From NCBI GenBank assembly GCA_964016885.1, contig OZ024744.1, positions 123,256,001 through 123,320,000 of the forward strand: DNA of 64,000 bases. The letters run 5' to 3'. Source of the DNA: Eledone cirrhosa. Lineage: Eukaryota. Positions 13,701 through 28,601 of this stretch are shown piece after piece. The notes beneath the pieces are model-generated. The model searched no databases and was not told the DNA's origin. It worked only from the letters and a program-made list of their open reading frames with translations. Each line of letters begins with the position of its first letter. Position 1 is the stretch's first letter. A program made the translations under genes and the position numbers.

Positions 13701-16700
13701 ATAACACTTTTACTAGTTAAGTACTAACATAACAGTTATAGTTTTACTAGTTAACTATCAACATAACACTTTTACTAGTTAAGTACTAACATAACAGTTA
13801 TAGTTTTACTAGTTAACTATCAACATAACAGTTTTACTAGTCAATTCTCAACATAACAGTTTTACTAGTTAACTCTCAGCATAAAAGTTTTACTAGTTAA
13901 CTATCAACATAACAGTTTTAACAGATAACTATCAACATAACAGTTATAGTTATACAAGTTACCTAATACCATGAGAGTTTTACTAGTTAACTATCGACAT
14001 AACAGTTATAGATTTACTAGTTAACTATCAAGATAGTAGTTTTACTAGTTAACTCTCAACATAACAATTTTACTAGTTAACTCGGAACATAACAGTTTTA
14101 CTAGTTAACTCGCAGCATAACACTTTTGCTAGTTAACTATCAACATAACAGTTATAGATTTACTAATTAACTCTCAACATAACAGTATACTAGTTAACTC
14201 TCAGCATAACAGCTTTACTAGATAACTATCAACATAACAGTTTTACTATTTAACTATCAACATAACATATAGTTTTACTGGTTAACTCTCAACATAACAG
14301 TTTTACTAGTTAACTCTCAACATAGAAATGTTACTAGTTAACTCGCAACATAACAGTTTTACTAGTTAACCCGCAACATAACAGTTTTGCTAGTTAACTA
14401 TCAACATAACAGTCATAGTTTTACTAATTAACTCTCAACATAACAGTTTTACTAGTTAACTCTCAGCATAACAGCTTTACTAGTTAATTATACACATAAC
14501 AGTTTTACTATTTAACTATCAACATAACAGATAGTTTTACTGGTTAACTCTCAACATAACAGTTTCAATAGTTAACTATCAACATAACAGTCATAATTTT
14601 ACTAGGTAACTATCAACAAAGTAGTTTTACTAGTTAACTCTCAACATAACAGTTTTACTAGTTAAGTCTCAGCATAACAGCTTTACTAGTTGATTATCAA
14701 CATAACAGTTTCACTAGTTAACTATCAACATAACAGTTTTACTAGTTAACTATCAACATAACAGTTATAGTTTTACTAGTTAACTATCAACATAACAGTT
14801 ATAGTTTTACTAGTTAACTATCAACATAACAGTTTTACTAGTTAACTCTGAACATAACAGTTTTATTAGTTAACTATCAACATAACAGTTATAGTTTTAA
14901 TAGTTAACTCTCAACATAACAGTTTTACTAGTTAACTCGCAACGTAACAGTTTTACTGGTTAACTCTCAACATAACAGTTTTACTAGTTAACTATCAGCA
15001 TAAAAGCTTTGATAGTTAACTATCAACATAAAAGTTTTAATAGTTAACTATCAACATAACAGTTATAGTATTACGAGTTAACTCTCAACATAGTAGTTTT
15101 ACTAGTTAACTCTCTGCATAACAGCTTTACTAGCTAACTATCAACATAACAGTTTTACTATTTAACTATCAACATAACAGATAGTTTTACTGGTTAACTC
15201 TCAACATAACTATTTGACTAGTTAACTATCAACATAAGTGTTATAGTTTTACTAGGTAACTATCAACATAGTAGTTTTACTAGTTAACTCTCAACATAAC
15301 AGTTTTACTAGTTAAGTCTCAGCATAACAGCTTTACTAGATAACTATCAACATAACAGTTTTACTATTTAACTATCAACATAACATATAGTTTTACTAGT
15401 TAACTATCAGCATAAAAGCTTTGATAGTTAACTATCAACATAAAAGTTTTAATAGTTAACTATCAACATAACAGTTATAGTATTACGAGTTAACTCTCAA
15501 CATAGTAGTTTTACTAGTTAACTCTCTGCATAACAGCTTTACTAGCTAACTATCAACATAACAGTTTTACTATTTAACTATCAACATAACAGATAGTTTT
15601 ACTGGTTAACTCTCAACATAACTATTTGACTAGTTAACTATCAACATAAGTGTTATAGTTTTACTAGATAACTATCAACATAGTAGTTTTACTAGTTAAC
15701 TCTCAACATAACAGTTTTACTAGTTAACTCGCAACGTAACAGTTTTACTAGTTAACTATCAACATAATTAGTTTTACTAGCTAACTATCAACATAACAGA
15801 TATAGTTTTACTAGTTAACTATCAACATAGTATTTTTTACTACGTAACACTCAACATAACAGTTTTACTAGTTAACTCTCAACATAAAAGTTTTACTATT
15901 TAACTAGCAACATAAGAGTTTTACTAGTTAACTCGCAACATAACAGTTTTACGTGTTAACTCTCAGCATAACAGATATAGATGTACTAGTTAACTATCAA
16001 CATAAAAGATATAGTTTTACTAGCTATCAACATAAGTTATAGTTTTACTAGTTAGCAATCAACATAGCAGTTTTACTAGTTAACTATCAACATAACAGTT
16101 ATGGTTTTACTAATTACATATCAACATAACAGTTTTACTAGTTAACACACAAGATAACAGTTTTACTAGTTAACTCTCAGCATAACAGTTTTACTAGTTA
16201 ACTCGTAACATAACATTTTACTAGTTAACTATCAACATAACATATATAGTTTTACTAGTTAACTCTGCAAATAATAGTTTTACTAGTTAACTATCAACAT
16301 AACAGTTATATTTTTACTAGTTAACTCTCAACATAACAGTTTTGCTAGTTAACTATCAACATAACACTTTTACTAGTTAAGTACTAACATAACAGTTATA
16401 GTTTTACTAGTTAACTATCAACATAACACTTTTACTAGTTAAGTACTAACATAACAGTTATAGTTTTACTAGTTAACTATCAACATAACAGTTTTACTAG
16501 TCAATTCTCAACATAACAGTTTTACTAGTTAACTCTCAGCATAAAAGTTTTACTAGTTAACTATCAACATAACAGTTTTAACAGATAACTATCAACATAA
16601 CAGTTATAGTTATACAAGTTACCTAATACCATGAGAGTTTTACTAGTTAACTATCGACATAACAGTTATAGATTTACTAGTTAACTATCAAGATAGTAGT

Positions 16701-19700
16701 TTTACTAGTTAACTCTCAACATAACAATTTTACTAGTTAACTCGCAACATAACAGTTTTACTAGTTAACTCGCAGCATAACACTTTTGCTAGTTAACTAT
16801 CAACATAACAGTTATAGATTTACTAATTAACTCTCAACATAACAGTATACTAGTTAACTCTCAGCATAACAGCTTTACTAGATAACTATCAACATAACAG
16901 TTTTACTATTTAACTATCAACATAACATATAGTTTTACTGGTTAACTCTCAACATAACAGTTTTACTAGTTAACTCTCAACATAGAAATGTTACTAGTTA
17001 ACTCGCAACATAACAGTTTTACTAGTTAACCCGCAACATAACAGTTTTGCTAGTTAACTATCAACATAACAGTCATAGTTTTACTAATTAACTCTCAACA
17101 TAACAGTTTTACTAGTTAACTCTCAGCATAACAGCTTTACTAGTTAATTATACACATAACAGTTTTACTATTTAACTATCAACATAACAGATAGTTTTAC
17201 TGGTTAACTCTCAACATAACAGTTTCAATAGTTAACTATCAACATAACAGTCATAATTTTACTAGGTAACTATCAACAAAGTAGTTTTACTAGTTAACTC
17301 TCAACATAACAGTTTTACTAGTTAAGTCTCAGCATAACAGCTTTACTAGTTGATTATCAACATAACAGTTTCACTAGTTAACTATCAACATAACAGTTTT
17401 ACTAGTTAACTATCAACATAACAGTTATAGTTTTACTAGTTAACTATCAACATAACAGTTATAGTTTTACTAGTTAACTATCAACATAACAGTTTTACTA
17501 GTTAACTCTGAACATAACAGTTTTATTAGTTAACTATCAACATAACAGTTATAGTTTTAATAGTTAACTCTCAACATAACAGTTTTACTAGTTAACTCGC
17601 AACGTAACAGTTTTACTGGTTAACTCTCAACATAACAGTTTTACTAGTTAACTATCAGCATAAAAGCTTTGATAGTTAACTATCAACATAAAAGTTTTAA
17701 TAGTTAACTATCAACATAACAGTTATAGTATTACGAGTTAACTCTCAACATAGTAGTTTTACTAGTTAACTCTCTGCATAACAGCTTTACTAGCTAACTA
17801 TCAACATAACAGTTTTACTATTTAACTATCAACATAACAGATAGTTTTACTGGTTAACTCTCAACATAACTATTTGACTAGTTAACTATCAACATAAGTG
17901 TTATAGTTTTACTAGGTAACTATCAACATAGTAGTTTTACTAGTTAACTCTCAACATAACAGTTTTACTAGTTAACTCGCAACGTAACAGTTTTACTAGT
18001 TAACTATCAACATAATTAGTTTTACTAGCTAACTATCAACATAACAGATATAGTTTTACTAGTTAACTATCAACATAGTATTTTTTACTACGTAACTCTC
18101 AACATAACAGTTTTACTAGTTAACTCTCAACATAAAAGTTTTACTATTTAACTAGCAACATAAGAGTTTTACTAGTTAACTCGCAACATAACAGTTTTAC
18201 GTGTTAACTCTCAGCATAACAGTTATAGATGTACTAGTTAACTATCAACATAAAAGATATAGTTTTACTAGCTATCAACATAAGTTATAGTTTTACTAGT
18301 TAGCAATCAACATAGCAGTTTTACTAGTTAACTATCAACATAACAGTTATGGTTTTACTAATTACATATCAACATAACAGTTTTACTAGTTAACACACAA
18401 GATAACAGTTTTACTAGTTAACTCTCAGCATAACAGTTTTACTAGTTAACTCGTAACATAACATTTTACTAGTTAACTATCAACATAACATATATAGTAT
18501 TACTAGTTAACTCTGCAAATAATAGTTTTACTAGTTAACTATCAACATAACAGTTATATTTTTACTAGTTAACTCTCAACATAACAGTTTTGCTAGTTAA
18601 CTATCAACATAACACTTTTACTAGTTAAGTACTAACATAACAGTTATAGTTTTACTAGTTAACTATCAACATAACAGTTTTACTAGTCAATTCTCAACAT
18701 AACAGTTTTACTAGTTAACTCTCAGCATAAAAGTTTTACTAGTTAACTATCAACATAACAGTTTTAACAGATAACTATCAACATAACAGTTATAGTTATA
18801 CAAGTTACCTAATACCATGAGAGTTTTACTAGTTAACTATCGACATAACAGTTATAGATTTACTAGTTAACTATCAAGATAGTAGTTTTACTAGTTAACT
18901 CTCAACATAACAATTTTACTAGTTAACTCGCAACATAACAGTTTTACTAGTTAACTCGCAGCATAACACTTTTGCTAGTTAACTATCAACATAACAGTTA
19001 TAGATTTACTAATTAACTCTCAACATAACAGTATACTAGTTAACTCTCAGCATAACAGCTTTACTAGATAACTATCAACATAACAGTTTTACTATTTAAC
19101 TATCAACATAACAGATAGTTTTACTGGTTAACTCTCAACATAACAGTTTTACTAGTTAACTCTCAACATAGAAATGTTACTAGTTAACCCGCAACATAAC
19201 AGTTTTGCTAGTTAACTATCAACATAACAGTCATAGTTTTACTAATTAACTCTCAACATAACAGTTTTACTAGTTAACTCTCAGCATAACAGCTCTACTA
19301 GTTAATTATACACATAACAGTTTTACTATTTAACTATCAACATAACAGATAGTTTTACTGGTTAACTCTCAACATAACTATTTGACTAGTTAACTATCAA
19401 CATAAGTGTTATAGTTTTACTAGGTAACTATCAACATAGTAGTTTTACTAGTTAACTCTCAACATAACAGTTTTACTAGTTAACTCGCAACGTAACAGTT
19501 TTACTAGTTAACTCTCAACATAACAGTTTTACTAGTTAACTCTCAGCATAAAACTTTTGCTAGTTAACTATCAATATAACAGTTTTACTAGTTAACTATA
19601 AACATAACATTTATAGTTTTACTAGTTAACTATCAACATAACAGTTATAGTTTTACTAGTTAACTCTCAACATAAAAGTTATACTAGTTAACTCTCAATA

Positions 19701-20826
19701 TTAGTTTTACTAGTTAACTCACAACATAACAATTTTAGAAGTTAACTCTCAGCGTATCAATTTTGCTAGTTAACTATCAACATAATAGTTGTACTAGTTA
19801 ACTATCAACATAACAGTTATAGTTTTAGTAGTTAATTATCAACATAACAGTTTTACTAGTTAACTCACAAAATAACAGTTTTACTAGTTAACTATCAGCA
19901 TAACAGTTTTACTAGTTAACTATCAACATAACAATTTTACTAGTTAACTCTCAACATAACAGTTTTACTAGTTACCTCTCAGCATAACAGTTTTGCTAGT
20001 TAACTATCAACATAACAGTTATAGATTTACTGGTTAACTATCAACATAACAGTTTTACTAGTTAACTATCAACATAACAGTTATAGGTTTACTAGTTACA
20101 TATCAACATAACAGTTTTACTAGTTAACTCTCAACATAACAGTTTTACTAGTTAACTGTCAGCATAAAACTTTTGCTAGTTAACTATCAATATAACAGTT
20201 TTACTAGTTAATTATACACATAACATTTATAGTTTTACTAGTTAACTATCAACATAACAGTTATAGTTTTACTAGTTAACTCTCAACATAAAAGTTATAC
20301 TAGTTAACTCTCAATATTAGTTTTACTAGTTAACACACAACATAACAATTTTAGAAGTTAACTCTCAGCGTATCAATTTTGCTAGTTAACTATCAACATA
20401 ATAGTTGTACTAGTTAACTATCAACATAACAGTTATAGTTTTACTAGTTAATTATCAACATAACAGTTTTACTAGTTAACCCACAATATAACAGTTTTAC
20501 TAGTTAACTATCAGCATAACAGTTTTACTAGTTAACTATCAACATAACAATTTTACTAGTTAACTCTCAACATAACAGTTTTACTAGTTACCTCTCAGCA
20601 TAACAGTTTTGCTAGTTAAATATCAACATAACAGTTATAGATTTACTAGTTAACTATCAACATAACAGTTTTACTAGTTAACTCACAATATAACAGTTTT
20701 ACTAGTTAACTCACCACATAAAGGTTTTACTAGTTAACTATCAACATAAAAGATAGTTTTACTAGCTAACTATCAACATAACAGTTATAGTTTTACTAGT
20801 TAGCAATCAACATAGCAGTTTTACTA
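7771..20826. repeat. Long HOR unit expanded to 13,056 bp by two inserted 2,660-bp blocks
   Basis: Marker CC at 8451, next at 21507 (13,056). This equals 7,770 - 34 (one 34-mer missing near 12,140) + 2 x 2,660. Confidence 0.92.
12656..17975. repeat. Tandem pair of 2,660-bp blocks (12656-15315 and 15316-17975)
   Basis: Private variants recur at offset 2,660: GTTAAGTCTCAGCATAACAGCTTTACTAGA at 12651/15311, TACGTAACAC at 13181/15841, ACAGATAACT at 13921/16581, AAGCTT at 12756/15416 and 15004/17664. Confidence 0.93.
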
Positions 20827-23800
20827 GTTAACTATCAACATAACAGTTATAGGTTTACTAGTTACATATCAACATAACAGTTTTATTAGTTAAATCTCAA
20901 CATAAGTTTTACTAGTTAACTCTCAAGATAACAGTTTTACTAGTTAACTAGTAACATAACATTTTACTAGTTAACTATCAACATAACAGATATAGTTTTA
21001 CTAATTAACTCTGAACATAACAGTTTTACTAGTTAACTATCAACATAACAGTTATAGTTTTACTAGTTAACTCTCAACATAATAGTTTTACTAGTTAACT
21101 GGCAACATAACAGTTTTACTAGTTAAATCTCAACATAACAGTTTTGCTAGTTAACTCTCATGATAACAGTTTTGCTATTTAACTTTCAACATAACAGTTT
21201 TACTAGTTAACTCTCAACATAACAGTTTTACTAGTTAATTCTCAGCATAACAGTTTTGCCAGTTAACTATCAACATAAAAGTTATAGTTTTACTAGTTAA
21301 CTATACACATAACAGTTTTACTAGTTAACTCACAATATAACAGTTTTGCTAGTTAACTATCAACATAACAGTTTTACGAGTTAAATATCAACATAATTAG
21401 TTTTACTAGTTAACTATCAACATAACAGATATAGTTTTACTAGCTAATTATCAACATAACAGTTATAGTTTTACTAGTTAACTATCAACATAGTATTTTT
21501 TTACTACCTAACTCTCAACATAACAGTTTTATTAGTTAACTCTCAACATAAAAGTTTTACTATTTAACTCGCAACATAAGAGTTTTCCTAGTTAACTCGC
21601 AACAACAGTTTTACGACTTAACTCTCAGCATAAAGTTTTACTAGTTAACTATCAACATAACAGTTTTACTAGTTAACTATCAACATAACAGCTATAGATT
21701 TACTAGTTAACTATCAACATAACAGTTTTACTAGTTAACTCACAATATAACAGTTTTACTAGTTAACTCTCAGCATAAAGGTTTTACTAGTTAACTATCA
21801 ACATAACAATTTTATAGTTAACTCTCAGCATAACAGTTTTGTTAGTTAACTATCACCATGAGAGTTTTACTAGTTAACTATCAACATAAAAGATATAGTT
21901 TTACTAGCTATCAACATAACAGTTATAGTTTTACTAGTTAGCAATCAACATAGCAGTTTTACCAGTTAACTATCAACATAACGGTTATAGTTTTACTAGT
22001 TACATAGCAGAACAGTTTTATTAGTTAACTCTCAACATAACAGTTTTACTAGTTACCTCTCAAGATAACAGTTTTACTAGTTAACTCTCAGCATAACAGT
22101 TTTACTAGTTAACTATCAACATAACAGTTTTATTAGTTAACTCGTAACATAACATTTTACTAGTTAACTATCAACATAACAGATATAGAATTACTAGTTA
22201 ACTCTGAACATAACAGTTTTACTAGTTAACTATCAACATAACAGTTAGTTTTACTAGTTAACTCTCAACATAATAGTTTTACTAGTTAACTCGCAACATA
22301 ACAGTTTTACTAGTTAACTCTCAACATAACAGTTTTACTAGTTAACTCTCAAAATAACAGTTTTGCTATTTAACTTTCAACATAACAGTTTTACTAGTTA
22401 ACTATCAACATAACAGTTTTACTAGTTAACTATCAACATAACAGTTATGGTTTTACTAATTACATATCAACATAACAGTTTTACTAGTTAACTATCAACA
22501 TAACAGTTATGGTTTTACTAATTACATATCAACATAACAGTTTTACTAGTTAACTCACCACATAAAGGTTTTACTAGTTAACTATCAACATAAAAGATAG
22601 TTTTACTAGCTAACTATCAACATAACAGTTATAGTTTTACTAGTTAGCAATCAACATAGCAGTTTTACTAGTTAACTATCAACATAACAGTTATAGGTTT
22701 ACTAGTTACATATCAACATAACAGTTTTATTAGTTAACTCTCAACATAAGTTTTACTAGTTAACTCTCAAGATAACAGTTTTACTAGTTAACTAGTAACA
22801 TAACATTTTACTAGTTAACTATCAACATAACAGATATAGTTTTACTAATTAACTCTGAACATAACAGTTTTACTAGTTAACTATCAACATAACAGTTATA
22901 GTTTTACTAGTTAACTCTCAACATAATAGTTTTACTAGTTAACTGGCAACATAACAGTTTTACTAGTTAAATCTCAACATAACAGTTTTACTAGTTAACT
23001 CTCATGATAACAGTTTTGCTATTTAACTTTCAACATAACAGTTTTACTAGTTAACTATCAACATAACAGTTTTACTAGTTAACTATCAGCATAACAGATA
23101 TAGTTTTACTAGTTTAACTCTCAACATAAGAGTTTTACTAGTTAACTATCAACATAACAGTTATAGTTTTACTAGTTAACTCTCAACATAATAGTTTTAC
23201 TAGTTAACTCACAACATAAAAGTTATACTAGTTAACTCTCAAGATAATAATTTTACTAGTTAACTCACAACATAACACTTTTACTAGTTAACTCTCAGCA
23301 TAACAGTTTTGCTATTTAACTATCAACATAACAGTTTTACTAGTTAAGTACTAACATAACAGTTATAGTTTTACTAATTAACTATCAACATAACAGTTTT
23401 ACTAGTTAACTCACAACATAACAGCTTTACTAGTTAACTCTCAACATAAAAGTTTTACTAGTTAATTCTCAGCATAAAGGTTTTACTAGTTAACTCTCAG
23501 CTAGTTAACTCTTTGTTAGTTAACTATCTTTACTAGTTAACTCTTTGTTAGTTAACTATCAACATGAGAGTTTTACTAGTTAACTATCAACATAAAAGAT
23601 ATAGTTTTACTAGCTATCAACATAACAGTTATAGTTTTACTAGTTATCAATCAACATAGCAGTTTTACCAGTTAACTATCAACATAACGGTTATAGTTTT
23701 ACTAGTTACATAGCAGAACAGTTTTATTAGTTAACTCTCAACATAACAATTTTACTAGTTACCTCTCAAGATAACAGTTTTACTAGTTAACTCTCAGCAT

Positions 23801-26800
23801 AACAGTTTTACTAGTTAACTATCAACATAACAGTTTTACTAGTTAACTATCAACATAACAGTTAGTTTTACTAGTTAACTCTCAACATAATAGTTTTACT
23901 AGTTAACTCGCAACATAACAGTTTTACGAGTTAACTCTCAACATAATAGTTTTACTAGTTAACTCGCAACATAACAGTTTTACTAGTTAACTCTCAACAT
24001 AACAGTTGTACTAGTTAACTCTCAAAATAACAGTTTTGCTATTTAACTTTCAACATAACAGTTTTACTAGTTAACTATCAACATAACAGTTTTACTAGAT
24101 AACTATCAACATAACAGTTTTACTAGTTAACTCTCAGCATAACAGTTTTACTAGTTAACTCGTAACATAACATTTTACTAGTTAACTATCAACATAACAT
24201 ATATAGCTTTACTAGTTAACTCTGCAAATAATAGTTTTACTAATTAACTATCAACATAACAGTTATAGTTTTACTAGTTAACTCTCAACATAACAGTTTT
24301 GCTAGTTAACTATCAACATAACACTTTTACTAGTTAAGTACTAACATAACAGTTATAGTTTTACTAGTTAACTATCAACATAACAGTTTTACTAGTCAAC
24401 TCTCAACATAACAGTTTTACTAGTTAACTCTCAGCATAAAAGTTTTACTAGTTAACTATCAACATAACAGTTTTAACAGATAACTATCAACATAACAGTT
24501 ATAGTTATACAAGTTACCTAATACCATGAGAGTTTTACTAGTTAACTATCGACATAACAGTTATAGATTTACTAGTTAACTATCAAGATAGTAGTTTTAC
24601 TAGTTAACTCTCAACATAACAATTTTACTAGTTAACTCGCAACATAACAGTTTTACTAGTTAACTCGCAGCATAACACTTTTGCTAGTTAACTATCAACA
24701 TAACAGTTATAGATTTACTAATTAACTCTCAACATAACAGTATACTAGTTAACTCTCAGCATAACAGCTTTACTAGATAACTATCAACATAACAGTTTTA
24801 CTATTTAACTATCAACATAACATATAGTTTTACTGGTTAACTCTCAACATAACAGTTTTACTAGTTAACTCTCAACATAGAAATGTTACTAGTTAACTCG
24901 CAACATAACAGTTTTACTAGTTAACCCGCAACATAACAGTTTTGCTAGTTAACTATCAACATAACAGTCATAGTTTTACTAATTAACTCTCAACATAACA
25001 GTTTTACTAGTTAACTCTCAGCATAACAGCTTTACTAGTTAATTATACACATAACAGTTTTACTATTTAACTATCAACATAACAGATAGTTTTACTGGTT
25101 AACTCTCAACATAACAGTTTCAATAGTTAACTATCAACATAACAGTCATAATTTTACTAGGTAACTATCAACAAAGTAGTTTTACTAGTTAACTCTCAAC
25201 ATAACAGTTTTACTAGTTAAGTCTCAGCATAACAGCTTTACTAGTTGATTATCAACATAACAGTTTCACTAGTTAACTATCAACATAACAGTTTTACTAG
25301 TTAACTATCAACATAACAGTTATAGTTTTACTAGTTAACTATCAACATAACAGTTTTACTAGTTAACTCTGAACATAACAGTTTTATTAGTTAACTATCA
25401 ACATAACAGTTATAGTTTTAATAGTTAACTCTCAACATAACAGTTTTACTAGTTAACTCGCAACGTAACAGTTTTACTGGTTAACTCTCAACATAACAGT
25501 TTTACTAGTTAACTATCAGCATAAAAGCTTTGATAGTTAACTATCAACATAAAAGTTTTAATAGTTAACTATCAACATAACAGTTATAGTATTACGAGTT
25601 AACTCTCAACATAGTAGTTTTACTAGTTAACTCTCTGCATAACAGCTTTACTAGCTAACTATCAACATAACAGTTTTACTATTTAACTATCAACATAACA
25701 GATAGTTTTACTGGTTAACTCTCAACATAACTATTTGACTAGTTAACTATCAACATAAGTGTTATAGTTTTACTAGGTAACTATCAACATAGTAGTTTTA
25801 CTAGTTAACTCTCAACATAACAGTTTTACTAGTTAACTCGCAACGTAACAGTTTTACTAGTTAACTATCAACATAATTAGTTTTACTAGCTAACTATCAA
25901 CATAACAGATATAGTTTTACTAGTTAACTATCAACATAGTATTTTTTACTACGTAACTCTCAACATAACAGTTTTACTAGTTAACTCTCAACATAAAAGT
26001 TTTACTATTTAACTAGCAACATAAGAGTTTTACTAGTTAACTCGCAACATAACAGTTTTACGTGTTAACTCTCAGCATAACAGTTATAGATGTACTAGTT
26101 AACTATCAACATAAAAGATATAGTTTTACTAGCTATCAACATAAGTTATAGTTTTACTAGTTAGCAATCAACATAGCAGTTTTACTAGTTAACTATCAAC
26201 ATAACAGTTATGGTTTTACTAATTACATATCAACATAACAGTTTTACTAGTTAACACACAAGATAACAGTTTTACTAGTTAACTCTCAGCATAACAGTTT
26301 TACTAGTTAACTCGTAACATAACATTTTACTAGTTAACTATCAACATAACATATATAGTATTACTAGTTAACTCTGCAAATAATAGTTTTACTAGTTAAC
26401 TATCAACATAAGTTATATTTTTACTAGTTAACTCTCAACATAACAGTTTTGCTAGTTAACTATCAACATAACACTTTTACTAGTTAAGTACTAACATAAC
26501 AGTTATAGTTTTACTAGTTAACTATCAACATAACAGTTTTACTAGTCAATTCTCAACATAACAGTTTTACTAGTTAACTCTCAGCATAAAAGTTTTACTA
26601 GTTAACTATCAACATAACAGTTTTAACAGATAACTATCAACATAACAGTTATAGTTATACAAGTTACCTAATACCATGAGAGTTTTACTAGTTAACTATC
26701 GACATAACAGTTATAGATTTACTAGTTAACTATCAAGATAGTAGTTTTACTAGTTAACTCTCAACATAACAATTTTACTAGTTAACTCGCAACATAACAG

Positions 26801-28601
26801 TTTTACTAGTTAACTCGCAGCATAACACTTTTGCTAGTTAACTATCAACATAACAGTTATAGATTTACTAATTAACTCTCAACATAACAGTATACTAGTT
26901 AACTCTCAGCATAACAGCTTTACTAGATAACTATCAACATAACAGTTTTACTATTTAACTATCAACATAACAGATAGTTTTACTGGTTAACTCTCAACAT
27001 AACAGTTTTACTAGTTAACTCTCAACATAGAAATGTTACTAGTTAACCCGCAACATAACAGTTTTGCTAGTTAACTATCAACATAACAGTCATAGTTTTA
27101 CTAATTAACTCTCAACATAACAGTTTTACTAGTTAACTCTCAGCATAACAGCTTTACTAGTTAATTATACACATAACAGTTTTACTATTTAACTATCAAC
27201 ATAACAGATAGTTTTACTGGTTAACTCTCAACATAACTATTTGACTAGTTAACTATCAACATAAGTGTTATAGTTTTACTAGGTAACTATCAACATAGTA
27301 GTTTTACTAGTTAACTCTCAACATAACAGTTTTACTAGTTAACTCGCAACGTAACAGTTTTACTAGTTAACTCTCAACATAACAGTTTTACTAGTTAACT
27401 CTCAGCATAAAACTTTTGCTAGTTAACTATCAATATAACAGTTTTACTAGTTAACTATAAACATAACATTTATAGTTTTACTAGTTAACTATCAACATAA
27501 CAGTTATAGTTTTACTAGTTAACTCTCAACATAAAAGTTATACTAGTTAACTCTCAATATTAGTTTTACTAGTTAACTCACAACATAACAATTTTAGAAG
27601 TTAACTCTCAGCGTATCAATTTTGCTAGTTAACTATCAACATAATAGTTGTACTAGTTAACTATCAACATAACAGTTATAGTTTTAGTAGTTAATTATCA
27701 ACATAACAGTTTTACTAGTTAACTCACAATATAACAGTTTTACTAGTTAACTATCAGCATAACAGTTTTACTAGTTAACTATCAACATAACAATTTTACT
27801 AGTTAACTCTCAACATAACAGTTTTACTAGTTACCTCTCAGCATAACAGTTTTGCTAGTTAACTATCAACATAACAGTTATAGATTTACTGGTTAACTAT
27901 CAACATAACAGTTTTACTAGTTAACTATCAACATAACAGTTATAGGTTTACTAGTTACATATCAACATAACAGTTTTACTAGTTAACTCTCAACATAACA
28001 GTTTTACTAGTTAACTGTCAGCATAAAACTTTTGCTAGTTAACTATCAATATAACAGTTTTACTAGTTAATTATACACATAACATTTATAGTTTTACTAG
28101 TTAACTATCAACATAACAGTTATAGTTTTACTAGTTAACTCTCAACATAAAAGTTATACTAGTTAACTCTCAATATTAGTTTTACTAGTTAACACACAAC
28201 ATAACAATTTTAGAAGTTAACTCTCAGCGTATCAATTTTGCTAGTTAACTATCAACATAATAGTTGTACTAGTTAACTATCAACATAACAGTTATAGTTT
28301 TACTAGTTAATTATCAACATAACAGTTTTACTAGTTAACTCTCAACATAACAGTTTTACTAGTTACCTCTCAGCATAACAGTTTTGCTAGTTAAATATCA
28401 ACATAACAGTTATAGATTTACTAGTTAACTATCAACATAACAGTTTTACTAGTTAACTCACAATATAACAGTTTTACTAGTTAACTCACCACATAAAGGT
28501 TTTACTAGTTAACTATCAACATAAAAGATAGTTTTACTAGCTAACTATCAACATAACAGTTATAGTTTTACTAGTTAGCAATCAACATAGCAGTTTTACT
28601 A
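20827..28601. repeat. Long HOR unit, variant lineage (7,775 bp)
   Basis: Marker CC at 21507 and 29282. The length is explained by +62 (near 22,470), +1, +62 (near 23,345), -34, -2 (near 26,410) and -84 (near 28,335) relative to the 7,770 unit. Confidence 0.9.
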
